Positions 26,975 to 38,800 of a DNA stretch of 64,000 nt are shown piece by piece; the first letter of the stretch is position 1, and each line of letters starts with the position of its first letter. Source of the stretch: a virus (taxonomy: Duplodnaviria > Caudoviricetes); the IMG/VR virus record IMGVR_UViG_3300031555_003522, positions 128,001 through 192,000 of that record. One strand, 5' to 3'. The notes beneath the pieces were generated by a model. The model was not told where the DNA came from. It made no database searches and worked only from the letters and a program-made list of their open reading frames with translations. Both the position numbers and the translations under genes were made by a program.

Positions 26975-28897
26975 TTACAGAGTTACAGAGTAGGTGTTTT
27001 CCTTAGTGCTGGGATCAGAAGCATCCTCGTAGAAGACTACATAAGGAACAGCCTGATATCCATTAGCACCCTCGACATTCACCTGTACATTAAGGAAAGC
27101 GGTGTTGATCTGAGCCATCATACCATTGTTATCAATGACAGAAGCCAGAGCAGCAACACCAATAGAAGCGGGAACAGCAATAACAGTTCTCAGAGTACCG
27201 ACAGGAATAGTCATATCAAATGCATGACCAGCAGCAACAGCTGCATCAGACTTACTCAGACCACGAATGACAGCAGAAGTCAGTTCAGTCTTAGCAGTCA
27301 GACAGCCATAGAACATGTTACGATAGCCAGTAATAGCGGAAGAAGTCTTAGACTTGCTGCCACCTTTAATCTGACCTGCAGCATAGGGATTACAAGTATT
27401 GGTAACAGGAATAGCGCCATCACCATAAGTTGCAGTAGCAGAAACAGTATAGTTGGTGTCATCGGTAACAGTAATTCCATCAAAGGAACCATTGTTGCTA
27501 GTAGAGGAACCACCATCGGAGTTAGTTACCTCCCAAGAGGTAGCAGTAACACCAGTAGCGGGGCCATAAGTATACTTACCAGCATTCAGAGATGCAGCAT
27601 AAGTAACATCGACAGAAGTACCAACTTCATACTCGCCAGCCTGATTCAAGGTTATAGAAACAGAGGGCTGAGTAGTACTGGGATTAGCTTCCTTAATATA
27701 GATAGAATTCCAGACATCAATCAGGTTCTTTCCCTTAGCAGGAATAGTAGCCTGACCATTGGTCAACTTAAAGTTGCCAATTGCAGTCGTAGTGCTCAGA
27801 TCTTCAGGGAAGAATACATTAGCAGCACTGTAATTGCCATCCATAGCTTCCCATGCGGTGCCATTGAAGACATATGCAGTATGCTGATACTTACCAGTAC
27901 CCTCACCGATCTCAGTACGAACAATGCAAATATCGTGCTCAACAGGTGTATTGCCAGCAACAGCTTCATCGATAGAAGCACCGATATATACCTTAGAGTT
28001 GGAGCCCAGATCCTCGAAGTTCTTGCCAGAATCAACAGCCTGGCCATCAGCACCCAGAACCAGAATATTGCCCTCAACACCATCGGTAACCTTATCCATC
28101 TTACCAGAGATGTCAATGGGTGCAACATACAGACCATTTTCATCAACAGTAATCAGGTTGTCAGAAGCGGTAGAAATCTTGACAGCACCAGTAATAGTAT
28201 TACCAGTAACAGACAGATCAAGAGTGGTACTACCCTCGGCTTTATAGATATCAACCAGATCTTCAACAGGAATAGTGACAAAGTCAGTCTTCTCAGCATC
28301 GAAATACAGGTAGATAGCCTTTTCATCTACATTATATTCACCAGAGCTAACGAAACGTTCCAGATCGAGCTTAACTGCATTACCCAGAACATTACCACTA
28401 GCATCCAGCATCTTTAACTCACCACTAGCGGCAGTATACTGCAGGCTTACACCGAGACCATCGAATACGATACTTTCGGTGCTATCATCGCCCTTAGTAA
28501 CAGTTAACAGATGCTCAGCACTGTCCCAAGACAGTGCACTAACGCTACCTTCTGCAGTAGCCATCTTAGCCAGTTCACTAGCAACATAGGCCACGACAGC
28601 CTTGCCAGAAACGGGCACCTTTGCCTCGTCGATAACAGAATCAGACACAGCATTAATAACAGTCTTCCAACCATTAACAGCGCCCTGCCAGATCTTACCT
28701 TCGAGAGTTTCAGAATTAATGTACAATCTATTCAGAGCGGGAGACGTCGGCAGAGTTCCAGTATACATGATAACAGACTCTGTAAACGGCTCAGAACCCC
28801 GATAGATTTCTCGAGTGTCACTCAAAAAGTACATATGCCCTTCCTGGGGCGTACCATTGTGAAACATCTCAGATGTGACAAAATGCCAATTAATCAT
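26975..28897 (-). CDS. Putative fibre/virion protein with an Ig/FN3-like C-terminus
   Basis: ATG at 28897 after AAGGAGG; T/G-rich beta strands (GEYEVGTSV); AACA-N6-TA at 28965-28976 (-). Confidence 0.65.
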   Translation of the reverse strand: MINWHFVTSEMFHNGTPQEGHMYFLSDTREIYRGSEPFTESVIMYTGTLPTSPALNRLYINSETLEGKIWQGAVNGWKTVINAVSDSVIDEAKVPVSGKAVVAYVASELAKMATAEGSVSALSWDSAEHLLTVTKGDDSTESIVFDGLGVSLQYTAASGELKMLDASGNVLGNAVKLDLERFVSSGEYNVDEKAIYLYFDAEKTDFVTIPVEDLVDIYKAEGSTTLDLSVTGNTITGAVKISTASDNLITVDENGLYVAPIDISGKMDKVTDGVEGNILVLGADGQAVDSGKNFEDLGSNSKVYIGASIDEAVAGNTPVEHDICIVRTEIGEGTGKYQHTAYVFNGTAWEAMDGNYSAANVFFPEDLSTTTAIGNFKLTNGQATIPAKGKNLIDVWNSIYIKEANPSTTQPSVSITLNQAGEYEVGTSVDVTYAASLNAGKYTYGPATGVTATSWEVTNSDGGSSTSNNGSFDGITVTDDTNYTVSATATYGDGAIPVTNTCNPYAAGQIKGGSKSKTSSAITGYRNMFYGCLTAKTELTSAVIRGLSKSDAAVAAGHAFDMTIPVGTLRTVIAVPASIGVAALASVIDNNGMMAQINTAFLNVQVNVEGANGYQAVPYVVFYEDASDPSTKENTYSVTL

Positions 28898-29081
28898 AAG
28901 GTGTTTTTCCTCCTTTATAAAATAATTATAAATCGAAAAATTCATAGTCCCATAAGGAATCTATTACTCAAATGTTCATCATTGTAGGCATCTCTCGACC
29001 TTAGTTTTACCATCTATAAACCAACCAAAAAAAAATAAAATAAAAGATATAGAGGTCTCCACTGGGAGACCTCTATATTAA

Positions 29082-30635
29082 TTACTTTTCACTTTCCCTT
29101 TTCTTACGAATCTTATAGGAGTTAATAAGAGATCTTGCACGACTTGCCTGAACTGCAAAGGCACGAGCAACCCTTTCAACATCTTTGCTCTCAAGAGCAT
29201 CTTTCTGTGTTCTGGTAAGATGGCGGCTCTTACCGAGAATCATTCTGGGATTATAGTGGTTATAGAGCATGCTTAAGAAGAATTCCTTATCTTCATCCAT
29301 GACATTCTCTGGAACAGGCTTGGTACCATGAAGAATATCATAATGATTATTATAGGAATACTTATAAGGCTCGCTCAAACGCATTACGACTGTATAGATA
29401 TAAGAATCTATCACATTCTTACTGCAGGCTCTACCATTTGCAAAAGTATCTTGAAGATCTTCTTCATATGCTCTGTCTCCAAATACAACATAGAGAGGAT
29501 TAAATGCAAGAATTCTATTGATCTTGCCGAGTATACCCTCTGCTGTGGCAAGACTACAGCGCTCATTGATATGGAACTCATTTACATCAGATCTTGCAGC
29601 ATCAATGATGAGTTTCATATTTGCTGTAGATTTTATGGAACTTGTCATAATAATATCCCATTTTACAATAGCAGCTTTATCATCTTTTTCTACTTCCATA
29701 TCCTGATAGTAGCGTCTGATTCTATCTGCAGGGATATTACGATATTTGAAGATGGCGTCATCAAGACTCATGCCAGATTCGTAGATTTCTTTAACCGTGA
29801 TCTCCGGCTTTGTCCTAGTGGTAGGCTCTTTAGGATCAAAAAGTCTCTTAGCATTCTTCAACATCTGACTTGCATCGCTCTTAGATACATTATACTTCTC
29901 AACAATCATAGCGATACTGGAGCAAGCAATGCTGATACATTCTGTCTCGCTAAATAAATGCCTTCTATTTTTTGCAGGAGCTCTATAGGAAGGATTATTA
30001 TTCTTAGTCCTATCGTTTCCTACATTGTTTACAACAGGAGTAGGAAGCAGATCAAAGAATTGCTCGGCAGACTCTGTATTAGAATTATTAGTATAGATAG
30101 GAATTCCTGCTTCTTCTGCTTTACGAAGGATTTCGGAATTTGGAACTTCAAAGTCTACTGAGTCAGCATTCTGTTCAATGATAACTACAGCAGTCTTATC
30201 TTCCTTGGGCATTTCCTTTTTGACAGGAGATTCTACTACCTCCTTAGGAACTTCCTTTTTAGCTTCGGGAATATTAAGGGCTTCCTTATAGGGAACCTTA
30301 TCAATATACTCGAAAGCGGTATCTTCGATAATAATATCTCCGAGATAAAGAGAGGAGATTGCATTGATGATGAGCACATATTGACGTCTGCTGAGCTTCT
30401 TATAAAGCTCATACTTGGTAGTACTCATCTTAGTCCAGGGTACATAGATGATACGATCGATACATACTGTACCCACAGTATCATCAATCTTCAGCTCGGG
30501 GATATTCGCATATACTTCCTGCACATAGTTATCTGTATTGCAGTAAGCAAATGTAGCTCCGAATTTTGTTGTGTTGAAAACAAGCATAAAGCTACCTCTG
30601 CCGTTTCCATAGACATTACCATTTTCAAGTCTCAT
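29082..30635 (-). CDS. Hypothetical early protein, paralogue of 42828..43436
   Basis: AAGGAG RBS; TATATTAT-N5-TGA at 30729-30744 (-); shared sequence blocks. Confidence 0.8.
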   Translation of the reverse strand: MRLENGNVYGNGRGSFMLVFNTTKFGATFAYCNTDNYVQEVYANIPELKIDDTVGTVCIDRIIYVPWTKMSTTKYELYKKLSRRQYVLIINAISSLYLGDIIIEDTAFEYIDKVPYKEALNIPEAKKEVPKEVVESPVKKEMPKEDKTAVVIIEQNADSVDFEVPNSEILRKAEEAGIPIYTNNSNTESAEQFFDLLPTPVVNNVGNDRTKNNNPSYRAPAKNRRHLFSETECISIACSSIAMIVEKYNVSKSDASQMLKNAKRLFDPKEPTTRTKPEITVKEIYESGMSLDDAIFKYRNIPADRIRRYYQDMEVEKDDKAAIVKWDIIMTSSIKSTANMKLIIDAARSDVNEFHINERCSLATAEGILGKINRILAFNPLYVVFGDRAYEEDLQDTFANGRACSKNVIDSYIYTVVMRLSEPYKYSYNNHYDILHGTKPVPENVMDEDKEFFLSMLYNHYNPRMILGKSRHLTRTQKDALESKDVERVARAFAVQASRARSLINSYKIRKKRESEK

Positions 30636-30801
30636 GATTCATTCTCCTTTAATTTGTTTATTTTTATTTGTGTGTGGAGTTGAGTATAGAATTTAATATG
30701 TGTATGTGTGGTTTTGAATTATCCATACTCATAATTATAATATACAAGAAAAATAAATCAAAAATACAAGGGAAGGCTCTATTAAGCCTTCCCTTTATAT
30801 A

Positions 30802-31830
30802 TTACATACCTTCAATAAATCCATTATCTGTAGAAGAATCGCCCATACCATTAGTCCAGCTGATAGCACTTTTAATGGTTGTCACTTCTTCCTTAAGTTC
30901 TGTAACATCCTTCTCAACAACAGTAACATCACCGATTTTGGTTAGCCATTCCTCTTCAGTACCTTCAAACCCATTTTCTTTGGCAACCTCGTATGCAGAT
31001 AAACCTCTAGGTCCACGGATACTTTCGAGCCATTCCTCTTCGGTACCTTCATAACCATGGTCAAGAGCAATCTCATAAGCAGATTTTCCATCTTTACCAT
31101 TTTCTCCACTAGCACCCTTAAGAGACTCGAGCCATTCCTCTTCAGTACCTTCAAATCCATGCTCTACGGCAATTTCATAAGCAGACTTACCATCTGCCCC
31201 AGTACCGCCGCCACCAGCCATGATCATATTGATCCATTCTTCTTCAGTACCTTCATAACCGTATTCTACAGCGATCTCGTAAGCAGACTTACCATCTTTA
31301 CCACGGATACTTTCGAGCCATTCTTCTTCGGTACCTTCATAGCCGTTATTTACTGCAATTTCATAAGCACTATAGCCTCGTTCACCCTTAAGACTTTCGA
31401 GCCACTCTTCTCTAGTACCTTCAAATCCGCAATCTACAGCAATCTCATAGTTATCCTTACCAGGATCACCCTTCAGAGATTCCAGCCAGTCTGTTACAGT
31501 ACCAACGAAACCATGCTCAACAGCAATTCTATAAGCATCATTAGGAGTTACATCCTTTAACAACTGCACCTGATGGAAGTAGATTCTTTCTTTTCTACTA
31601 TTATTATCACAAGACCAGTCGAAAAGAATATAGCTATTCTGAGGCATAGCGCGATTCTGAACCACGTTCAGAATCCTACCAGTACGGTTTACACTCTTAC
31701 CGTCTTTAATATAATATAATTCATAAAGACCATCATCGGTAACAACAACATTCTCGACCATTCCATGACCGAGAGTGACAGTAATTCTATATACCTTTTT
31801 ATCAATAGGATCTGCGGAAATAATTGGCAT
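30802..31830 (-). CDS. Repeat-containing (collagen-associated) virion protein
   Basis: About 7 copies of G.SAYEIA...G(F/Y)EGTEEEWL.S; start probably ATG 31830 (GTG 31842 is an alternative). Confidence 0.75.
   Translation of the reverse strand: MPIISADPIDKKVYRITVTLGHGMVENVVVTDDGLYELYYIKDGKSVNRTGRILNVVQNRAMPQNSYILFDWSCDNNSRKERIYFHQVQLLKDVTPNDAYRIAVEHGFVGTVTDWLESLKGDPGKDNYEIAVDCGFEGTREEWLESLKGERGYSAYEIAVNNGYEGTEEEWLESIRGKDGKSAYEIAVEYGYEGTEEEWINMIMAGGGGTGADGKSAYEIAVEHGFEGTEEEWLESLKGASGENGKDGKSAYEIALDHGYEGTEEEWLESIRGPRGLSAYEVAKENGFEGTEEEWLTKIGDVTVVEKDVTELKEEVTTIKSAISWTNGMGDSSTDNGFIEGM
30945..31530 (-). repeat. Coding tandem repeat (SAYEIA...GTEEEWL unit, about 27-34 codons)
   Basis: Repeated DNA ccattc(c/t)tcttc(a/g)gtaccttc on the + strand. 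Confidence 0.85.
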
Positions 31831-31913
31831 TTCCTTAAGCACCTCCTTTAAGATTTTATTAGATAGTTAAGAGTAAGAAGCCCTATACCTAGCCAGGTAT
31901 AGGGCTTTAAATT

Positions 31914-33017
31914 TTATACACCGAGATAGAACTTTAGAACTTCGCCCAAATCTACATCAAACTTGGATTCTTTACTATTAACCGAAACTTTATCTCCATT
32001 CACAGAAACTTTATAATCACCCAAAAGATAGCATTTACCTTCAGGCTTAGGCTTATGTGGTCTAAAATGACCACAAGTTTCGGGTTTACAAGTTCCGCTA
32101 TTATGAGAACAGCATGCACATACATTCTCTACGATATCACCCTCAGTTTCAGAAGATGCATCTCCAGATACATACTTGCAGTCTCTAATGCTATCCAGAA
32201 TAATTGTGGTGTAATGTCCACTAAAATCTTCAGAGGTATCAAAGATAAGCTTAACCTTCTTTACAGGATGAGCTTCCATGAAATCCTTTTTACTAGTACG
32301 AGATGTAATAATTTCATTATTACATCCAACAGTCTCTCTAACAAAGCCTTTACCATTTTTACCAGGCTCGTCTATAAACTCATGAATAGATTCGAGTTTA
32401 CCTCTAACCTCATAAATGGTATTATCTCTCTTAGAAAGATATGCGATATCATAAATATTTCCTACAGCTAAGTCTACATACTTAACAGCATCTTCAAGAC
32501 AATCATCGAAGAACTCTAAATGTATAACTATAGCCTTAACCATAGTTGCAGAAATTCCAAGAATCATAACTCTAGTTCCCCTTTCGTGTTTTGGTTTATC
32601 ATTAGGATCCATATTTTCTCTATTAAATCTAATATCAATAATATTATTTATTGGAATATAGACAGTAATAGGAGATTCATATTTATCAGATCTAGGAGGA
32701 TTCAAAACACAGTTGCAAATAGGAATAGATTTAGGATTACTCTTATTAGAGCAAGCCCTAACACAGGACTTGCATTCTACTGTGCAAGACTTATTATCTT
32801 CTCTATACTTGAATTGAATGCATGGCTCAATTCGATCTCCTTCACCATATATAGCCTCAACAAGTCCTACAAGATTCTTAACTGTACCAAGTTTGGTATC
32901 ATAGTATTTAATAATGTATTCCATACCAGGAAATACAAGTATTTCTCTTAAATCATATCCAGGATTAAATAAAGAAGATATTTTAATCCTAGCATAATTG
33001 GATAACTCTGATGTCAC
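31914..33017 (-). CDS. Hypothetical Cys-rich protein
   Basis: Probable GTG start at 33017, just after the upstream stop; the track start overlaps the upstream gene. Confidence 0.7.
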   Translation of the reverse strand: MTSELSNYARIKISSLFNPGYDLREILVFPGMEYIIKYYDTKLGTVKNLVGLVEAIYGEGDRIEPCIQFKYREDNKSCTVECKSCVRACSNKSNPKSIPICNCVLNPPRSDKYESPITVYIPINNIIDIRFNRENMDPNDKPKHERGTRVMILGISATMVKAIVIHLEFFDDCLEDAVKYVDLAVGNIYDIAYLSKRDNTIYEVRGKLESIHEFIDEPGKNGKGFVRETVGCNNEIITSRTSKKDFMEAHPVKKVKLIFDTSEDFSGHYTTIILDSIRDCKYVSGDASSETEGDIVENVCACCSHNSGTCKPETCGHFRPHKPKPEGKCYLLGDYKVSVNGDKVSVNSKESKFDVDLGEVLKFYLGV

Positions 33018-33018
33018 A

Positions 33019-34257
33019 TTACTTATTACGGTTGTGCATCTTTCCTGACTTGGATTTGTCCACAGACTCATTAAATTCATCCTCCTTATTGCGAATAAAG
33101 ACGATTGTATCGCAAATATTATTAATAAGTTCAGTGGCAAAATCTGTCTTGGCTTCCTGGGTGTGCTTAAGTACAATGATATTCTTAATCATGTAGTACA
33201 TATATGCAGCATCCACAACATTATTGGGATCAAGATTTCTACAAGATTCACAGATCAATATACAGAATTTGGTTACATCCTCAACAGTAAAGTCTAGATC
33301 AATTAACTTCTTATACTTCTCAGGAATCTCCTCTCCAGATTCTTCATGCATACTTGCAACTTGATGAGGTTCATTCATCAAGATATCTATAAGTATTTCT
33401 GGTATCTGCCTGACATCATTCATTTTAAAATTACTTCTGCTATTCAAAAGATTGAAACTGTCTAGGCATCTATTTCCTTCTCTCTCCCAACGACGAATAG
33501 CTTTACGTACTCGAGCATTAGTATCATAAGAATCCTTAGCAAAGCTAAAGGTATAAGATCTTATAAATGCATCTCTTACTTCTAATAAACGAGCAGCCTT
33601 ATCGGGAAATTCATCCTTAATCTTTTCTGCCATCTCAGGAATATATGTCTCCATTACATTCTTTGTATGCTCGCTATACAAATCAATTACAGAAGGCATC
33701 TCTAATGCTTCATCAATAGCTTTCTCGAGATCAACAAAAGCATCATCTATTTTACTATCAGATATAAACTCATCAAGTATCATACATGCTACACTATTCC
33801 AATTAGATGCAGGAATATTATTAGCTATTGCTAGCTGTCTAACAGTTTCCTTCATCGATTCAGGCATATTTTTATATACAGGATAATTTCTATCCTTTTT
33901 ATACTTAGATATTAGACTAACAAATTCCATCATTTCCTCTTCATTCATCGGATTATCAGATTCTGGCTGAGGAATAATAGAATTTTCAGGAATCTTTCCT
34001 CCATTTTCAAAAACTTCTTTAATAGCTTCTTCCATAGAGGTCTTTCCTGTTCCATTTTCGCCCATAATTAGTACTGGATGACTTGTCATACCAGTTACAA
34101 ATGCAGGCTCTAATTCAGCATCGGGATTAATCTCTGTATTTACTTTTGCTTCGATAACTTTTTCATCATTAGATTCAGATGCTGTAGTAATAACAGCTTC
34201 AAGCTGCTCATCGGTCAATATAGTGGGATTTTTATTTTCCATTTCATTTTCCTCCAT
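33019..34257 (-). CDS. Hypothetical acidic helical protein
   Basis: 412-aa ORF in an operon. Confidence 0.8.
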   Translation of the reverse strand: MEENEMENKNPTILTDEQLEAVITTASESNDEKVIEAKVNTEINPDAELEPAFVTGMTSHPVLIMGENGTGKTSMEEAIKEVFENGGKIPENSIIPQPESDNPMNEEEMMEFVSLISKYKKDRNYPVYKNMPESMKETVRQLAIANNIPASNWNSVACMILDEFISDSKIDDAFVDLEKAIDEALEMPSVIDLYSEHTKNVMETYIPEMAEKIKDEFPDKAARLLEVRDAFIRSYTFSFAKDSYDTNARVRKAIRRWEREGNRCLDSFNLLNSRSNFKMNDVRQIPEILIDILMNEPHQVASMHEESGEEIPEKYKKLIDLDFTVEDVTKFCILICESCRNLDPNNVVDAAYMYYMIKNIIVLKHTQEAKTDFATELINNICDTIVFIRNKEDEFNESVDKSKSGKMHNRNK

Positions 34258-34259
34258 AT

Positions 34260-35084
34260 TTATTCTACTTCACCTTCAGAATTAGATACATGCTGAGGAG
34301 CTCCATCGATATCTGTAGTAGCCTGATCATGTACCATAGCAATTTCCTGAAGCTTAAATCTAATTGCCGTAATTATATCAGCTCTAATATCGCTATTAAG
34401 AACTCTTACATATGCTACTTGGAAGAAGTCATTTTCTGCAGATAGAATGCTTGTAATAAACTTCTTCTTATCAGAGTTATTTCCAAAAATAGTAGAGATG
34501 ATTAAATGGTAAGGAATATCCATAGAACAGACACCACTTACAACAGCATCAATATTAGCATTAATTACAGCGAGTTTAATATCTTTGTATATCTTCTTGC
34601 CATAAATAGTGCTACTATCTTTATTTTTCTTCATCTCAGAAAGATTGAAATTGTCATAGATATAGGATCTTTCTTTATAAATAAAATTAGCAAAGAAAGA
34701 CACCATATTTTCTGTAAAGCTGGAGACCATTAATTCATATAAATGATAAGCTGCAGAATATAGATCTACAGTGTCATCAATAGTGAAATTCATTCCAAAT
34801 TCTTTACAAATAGTATCAATGATTTCAGAGTATGTTTCATTTCTGACTCTCATCACTTCTTCTTTACTACTATCGCCATACTGAGCTATAATAGCTTTGA
34901 AGTTCTGCTCCCACCCAGCAACCACATTAGGATATGCTACAACAGGAACATTCATAAATCTGTATTTTAGGCATTGATCAATAATACTGAAAACGAAATC
35001 GGAGTTATAGTGAGATAAAACCTCCGCTAATTCGTTTTCAGTAACCACATTGTATACCTGGGAATTTGCAGTAAAACTACTCAT
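34260..35084 (-). CDS. Hypothetical protein
   Basis: AAGGAG RBS; AACT-N6-TA at 35114-35125 (-). Confidence 0.8.
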   Translation of the reverse strand: MSSFTANSQVYNVVTENELAEVLSHYNSDFVFSIIDQCLKYRFMNVPVVAYPNVVAGWEQNFKAIIAQYGDSSKEEVMRVRNETYSEIIDTICKEFGMNFTIDDTVDLYSAAYHLYELMVSSFTENMVSFFANFIYKERSYIYDNFNLSEMKKNKDSSTIYGKKIYKDIKLAVINANIDAVVSGVCSMDIPYHLIISTIFGNNSDKKKFITSILSAENDFFQVAYVRVLNSDIRADIITAIRFKLQEIAMVHDQATTDIDGAPQHVSNSEGEVE

Positions 35085-35185
35085 TATTAAGCTCCTTTCA
35101 AATTATACAATTTTACCAATAAGTTCAGCAAAAAATAAATATGGAAAAGAATAGACCATCTAAGTTTCCTTAGATGGTCTATAAT

Positions 35186-35782
35186 TTAATTTGTTGGTAC
35201 AAAATGAATATCATCAGGATCTAATATGGATTCGGCTATAATGCCAAATTCAGTATAGATCTTTTTGTAATCATCTTTATAATTTGTTCCATAATCGCAT
35301 ATAATTTGGTTAAGATAATCGGTATTGGCATGAAGCGTGATTCCCAAGATAGGTTTTCCCATACTATCCTTTTCTATCACACTTCCAAGAATTGTATTTA
35401 AATAAAACGGATTAGCGTCAGAAGGACTAATAGTTATCGTATGCCCATTATTCATATCGATATTGCTAGAAGATTTAAGTCTAGTCATTGATGGAAGGAA
35501 ATGATCTTTGTTATCATTTATAAATCCGACTACAGAAATTGCTGGATGCCCACATACGCCTATTTTGGAAATATCAATTTTTAAATTAGATTGAATGTTT
35601 ATAAAGATATTGATGGGTTGATCAATATGAGCTTCTACAGAATCCTTTACCCTTATACACCTTAATACTTCATTAATGTTTCGATCTATAACGATCACGT
35701 AGCCAGAATCTGCTGCAGTATGAATAGAATAATTCCCATTCAGCATACTTTCCATTAAAGTGATGATATCAAGTTTATCCAT
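35186..35782 (-). CDS. Hypothetical protein (early)
   Basis: ATG at 35782 after AGGAGG; GATACTAT-N5-TGA at 35815-35830 (-). Confidence 0.75.
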   Translation of the reverse strand: MDKLDIITLMESMLNGNYSIHTAADSGYVIVIDRNINEVLRCIRVKDSVEAHIDQPINIFINIQSNLKIDISKIGVCGHPAISVVGFINDNKDHFLPSMTRLKSSSNIDMNNGHTITISPSDANPFYLNTILGSVIEKDSMGKPILGITLHANTDYLNQIICDYGTNYKDDYKKIYTEFGIIAESILDPDDIHFVPTN

Positions 35783-35882
35783 TATAAAAATACCTCCTAA
35801 GTATTTTATTATATTCATAATTATAGTATCTAATAAAAAATAAAAAGAATTCCCCATCCTATTTCTAGGATGGGGATAATCA

Positions 35883-38800
35883 TTAGAACTGAATCATATT
35901 TGTAGAATTATTATTAGAGCCACCTCTAAATATTCCGATAGATTCTATCGGGAAACCCTTCAGATTGTTATTAATGATTTCATCATAATTAACAAATGGA
36001 AGTATCCAAGCAGGAACTGGTTCATTTAGAGGAATAGCTATAGCATCTATTCCAGTAGCATACTCTTTCTGCTTCATAAGCTCCACAGCCTTTTCATATA
36101 CATAAGGATGAGACTCTCTAATTCTATCAATATTCTTAGGGGTTATATTAACTTTAGCAACATCGATAGAATTCCGAATACTCATATCCAATGCTTCTGT
36201 CCCAGGCTCATGAAGAGCATTATAAGCTTGAGATGCTACTATACCTTGAATTCTCATGGGATTTTCATATGCTGATAGAGATTTTACCTTAAGAGGCTTA
36301 AAGAATTTCTTCTCACCACTCTGAATAGATTGATATATTTTCTTTTCCTCTTTAGCCAAATCTCTAAGAACAACAATAGGATCTATAGATTCCACATTCA
36401 ATATATCTTCTGCAAGTATTCGCTTTAAGTCAGCCTGAATAGTTGGATTGACTGTAGACTTAACAAATACTTCCATGCCTTTTGCATCAATAGATTTTGC
36501 ATCAGGAACCTGGTTTCCTTCCTGAAGCTCAACCTTATATGCATAGTGTTTCTTTGCATGACTAGATAGAAGAACACGCTTGAATCGTTTATTACTTTAT
36601 ATCACTATAAAGACTAGACTATATCTTCATCTTAAATACTATTACCATATTTGAGATGCTCCCCATTTCGAACTCTATCAAGAGCCCTACTCTACTCGGT
36701 TATTCTCATAGATCTTTCTTCTATGATATCCTTTCGATAGTCGTTGAACCTTCCTCTATTGAGGCTTGGCTGCTGATTGTCTCAATGAGAGTTCCCAGCA
36801 ATTAAAGGAGATTCTACATAATGTCACCACTATGCAGCCCTATTCTTAAGGAATTCGTTCTTCATTGTAATTAGGCATGCACGCTCATTATCAGAGTGAG
36901 CATTTGTGCAGTATCTATCCATAAAATCATTCAAAAGAATACCTACACAATATGCAAGAATATTTATAATGGAATATCTTAATCCATCCTGAGGTATAAT
37001 TACCATTGGGTCAACTAATCTATCCATCTCAATCATATCATCATCAACAAAACTATATTCTGTAACCTTTCCAATTACAGGTTCTGTCTTTATTTCTCCA
37101 TCATCGATAAACGTAGCAGCATCTACATTTTGTGTCTTAATCTTCATAGGAATCTCACAACACATTTGTCTTACATACTGATACCATCCATCAAATGATA
37201 CAATTGCACTCGCTTTGTTCATATAGGATCGCAACTCCATACAGTTCTCTTATGAACTTCTATATGTTTCCATATAGGCCAGACTATATCATCACCCTAC
37301 TATGGGTGCCTCCCATTTCGATTTAAAAGGTCTTATTTGGACATCGCCTTACCCCATTATAAGCTTGGGCTCTACTCTACTAAGTTCATCTATAGATGCT
37401 TTTCGATAGTCGTTGAACGTTCCTCTGTGCGAGGATTCGCTGCTGATTGTCTTTTATAAATTAATAAGAAGATTTTCCAGCAATTAGAGAGGTTATCGAC
37501 GCATGTTTCCATGCAAAGGGACGTAAATATCTTCATCCGTGTCCTGAATAATACTGACAGATCTGACTAGAGAATCCATCTTAGCCAATCTATCAATAAT
37601 CTGCTTATTATAATATACATACTCATACAAGATATCTGTTAGAGCTTTAAGCGGCTCTATAATATTCTCTGGAGGCTCATTAGGATCCATAAATGGAGCA
37701 TCGAGACTCTGAAGTATGAATAGTATAGCTTGTGTGACAGGAGCGTTATCAATGAAATGATATAGATTATTCTTATAGAAGAGTCTATCGAGTTCATCTT
37801 GATTGAGCTTAGATAGAATTTCCCAAATTATATGCATTTCATCTTCACTAGGCACCCATCCATATCCAGTACTAGAAAGTAACTGGAAGAAGGTTTCTTC
37901 AATAGAAGCATGAATAGTAATAATACCATTACTATTGAAATGATGCTCTTCTGTAAGCACCGTATGAATAAATTCAACGAGTTCATTCATGGAACTCATT
38001 GGTACATTATTATTTAAGAAAGATTCTAGGAATAGCGCGGCAGCACTATTGCAAGATCTACCTTGAGTTGTAACACTGGAAGCAGTATAAAGATTATAGA
38101 AAATACAAGAATACTGCCCAGTAGCTCCATAAACAATATATTCAAGTGGTTCATTACTCCACCCAGTTCTCTTATGAACTTCTTTAGCTTTCACCAAAGT
38201 TTAGACTATATCTTCATCCATAAAGGATGTCCAGTACAGGATCTCATGATTTGAGACCTCTTAGTCGTTGAACCTTCCTATTTCTAGGCTCGGCTGCTGA
38301 TTGCCTATTGTACCATCCTTCTACTATTTCCATTTAGGCAAGAAGGCTTTAAGGTGTCCCAGCAATTCTCTGGATTTAATCGATACCATTACTGGTAAAG
38401 TGGACCTTAGTTAATCCATTCATCTGGAGCTTTAAAAATACCATCATTTTCATGATGGGTTAGACTATATCTTCATTCATTTAAGAATGGTCTCTGTTTC
38501 GAGCATTAAGCCCTACGTCTTTCGACTAGTCGTTGAACGTTCCTCTAAACAAGGCTTCGCTGCTGATTGTCCAATCTCTATATTTTCAAACATTCACGAT
38601 TACTCTTTCAAGTTGCGTTGTAGTTATAGAGCTCTAAGGAGTTTCCAGCAATTAAGAGACTTTAACGACACCAATGGATTTAATTTAGCGTCGATCTTAC
38701 GCAAGTACCTCATATCGCTATGAGGGCTAGACTATATCTTCATCTATATCTCTATTACCAAGATATAGATGCTCCCCATTTCGAGTTCACTAGAACTCTA

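Noticed and set aside
30669-30718. Short tgtgtgg..ttga direct repeat in an early leader
   Set aside because: Only two short copies in low-complexity sequence, which is not enough to call an operator.
30945-31530. CRISPR-like repeat array
   Set aside because: The repeats are in frame, vary at synonymous positions and encode a peptide repeat; no cas genes or unique spacers.
38487-38723. Small ORFs over intron cores (also 38063..38254 and the N-terminal extensions of 37493..38197 and 36830..37240)
   Set aside because: They overlap ribozyme sequence and have no RBS.
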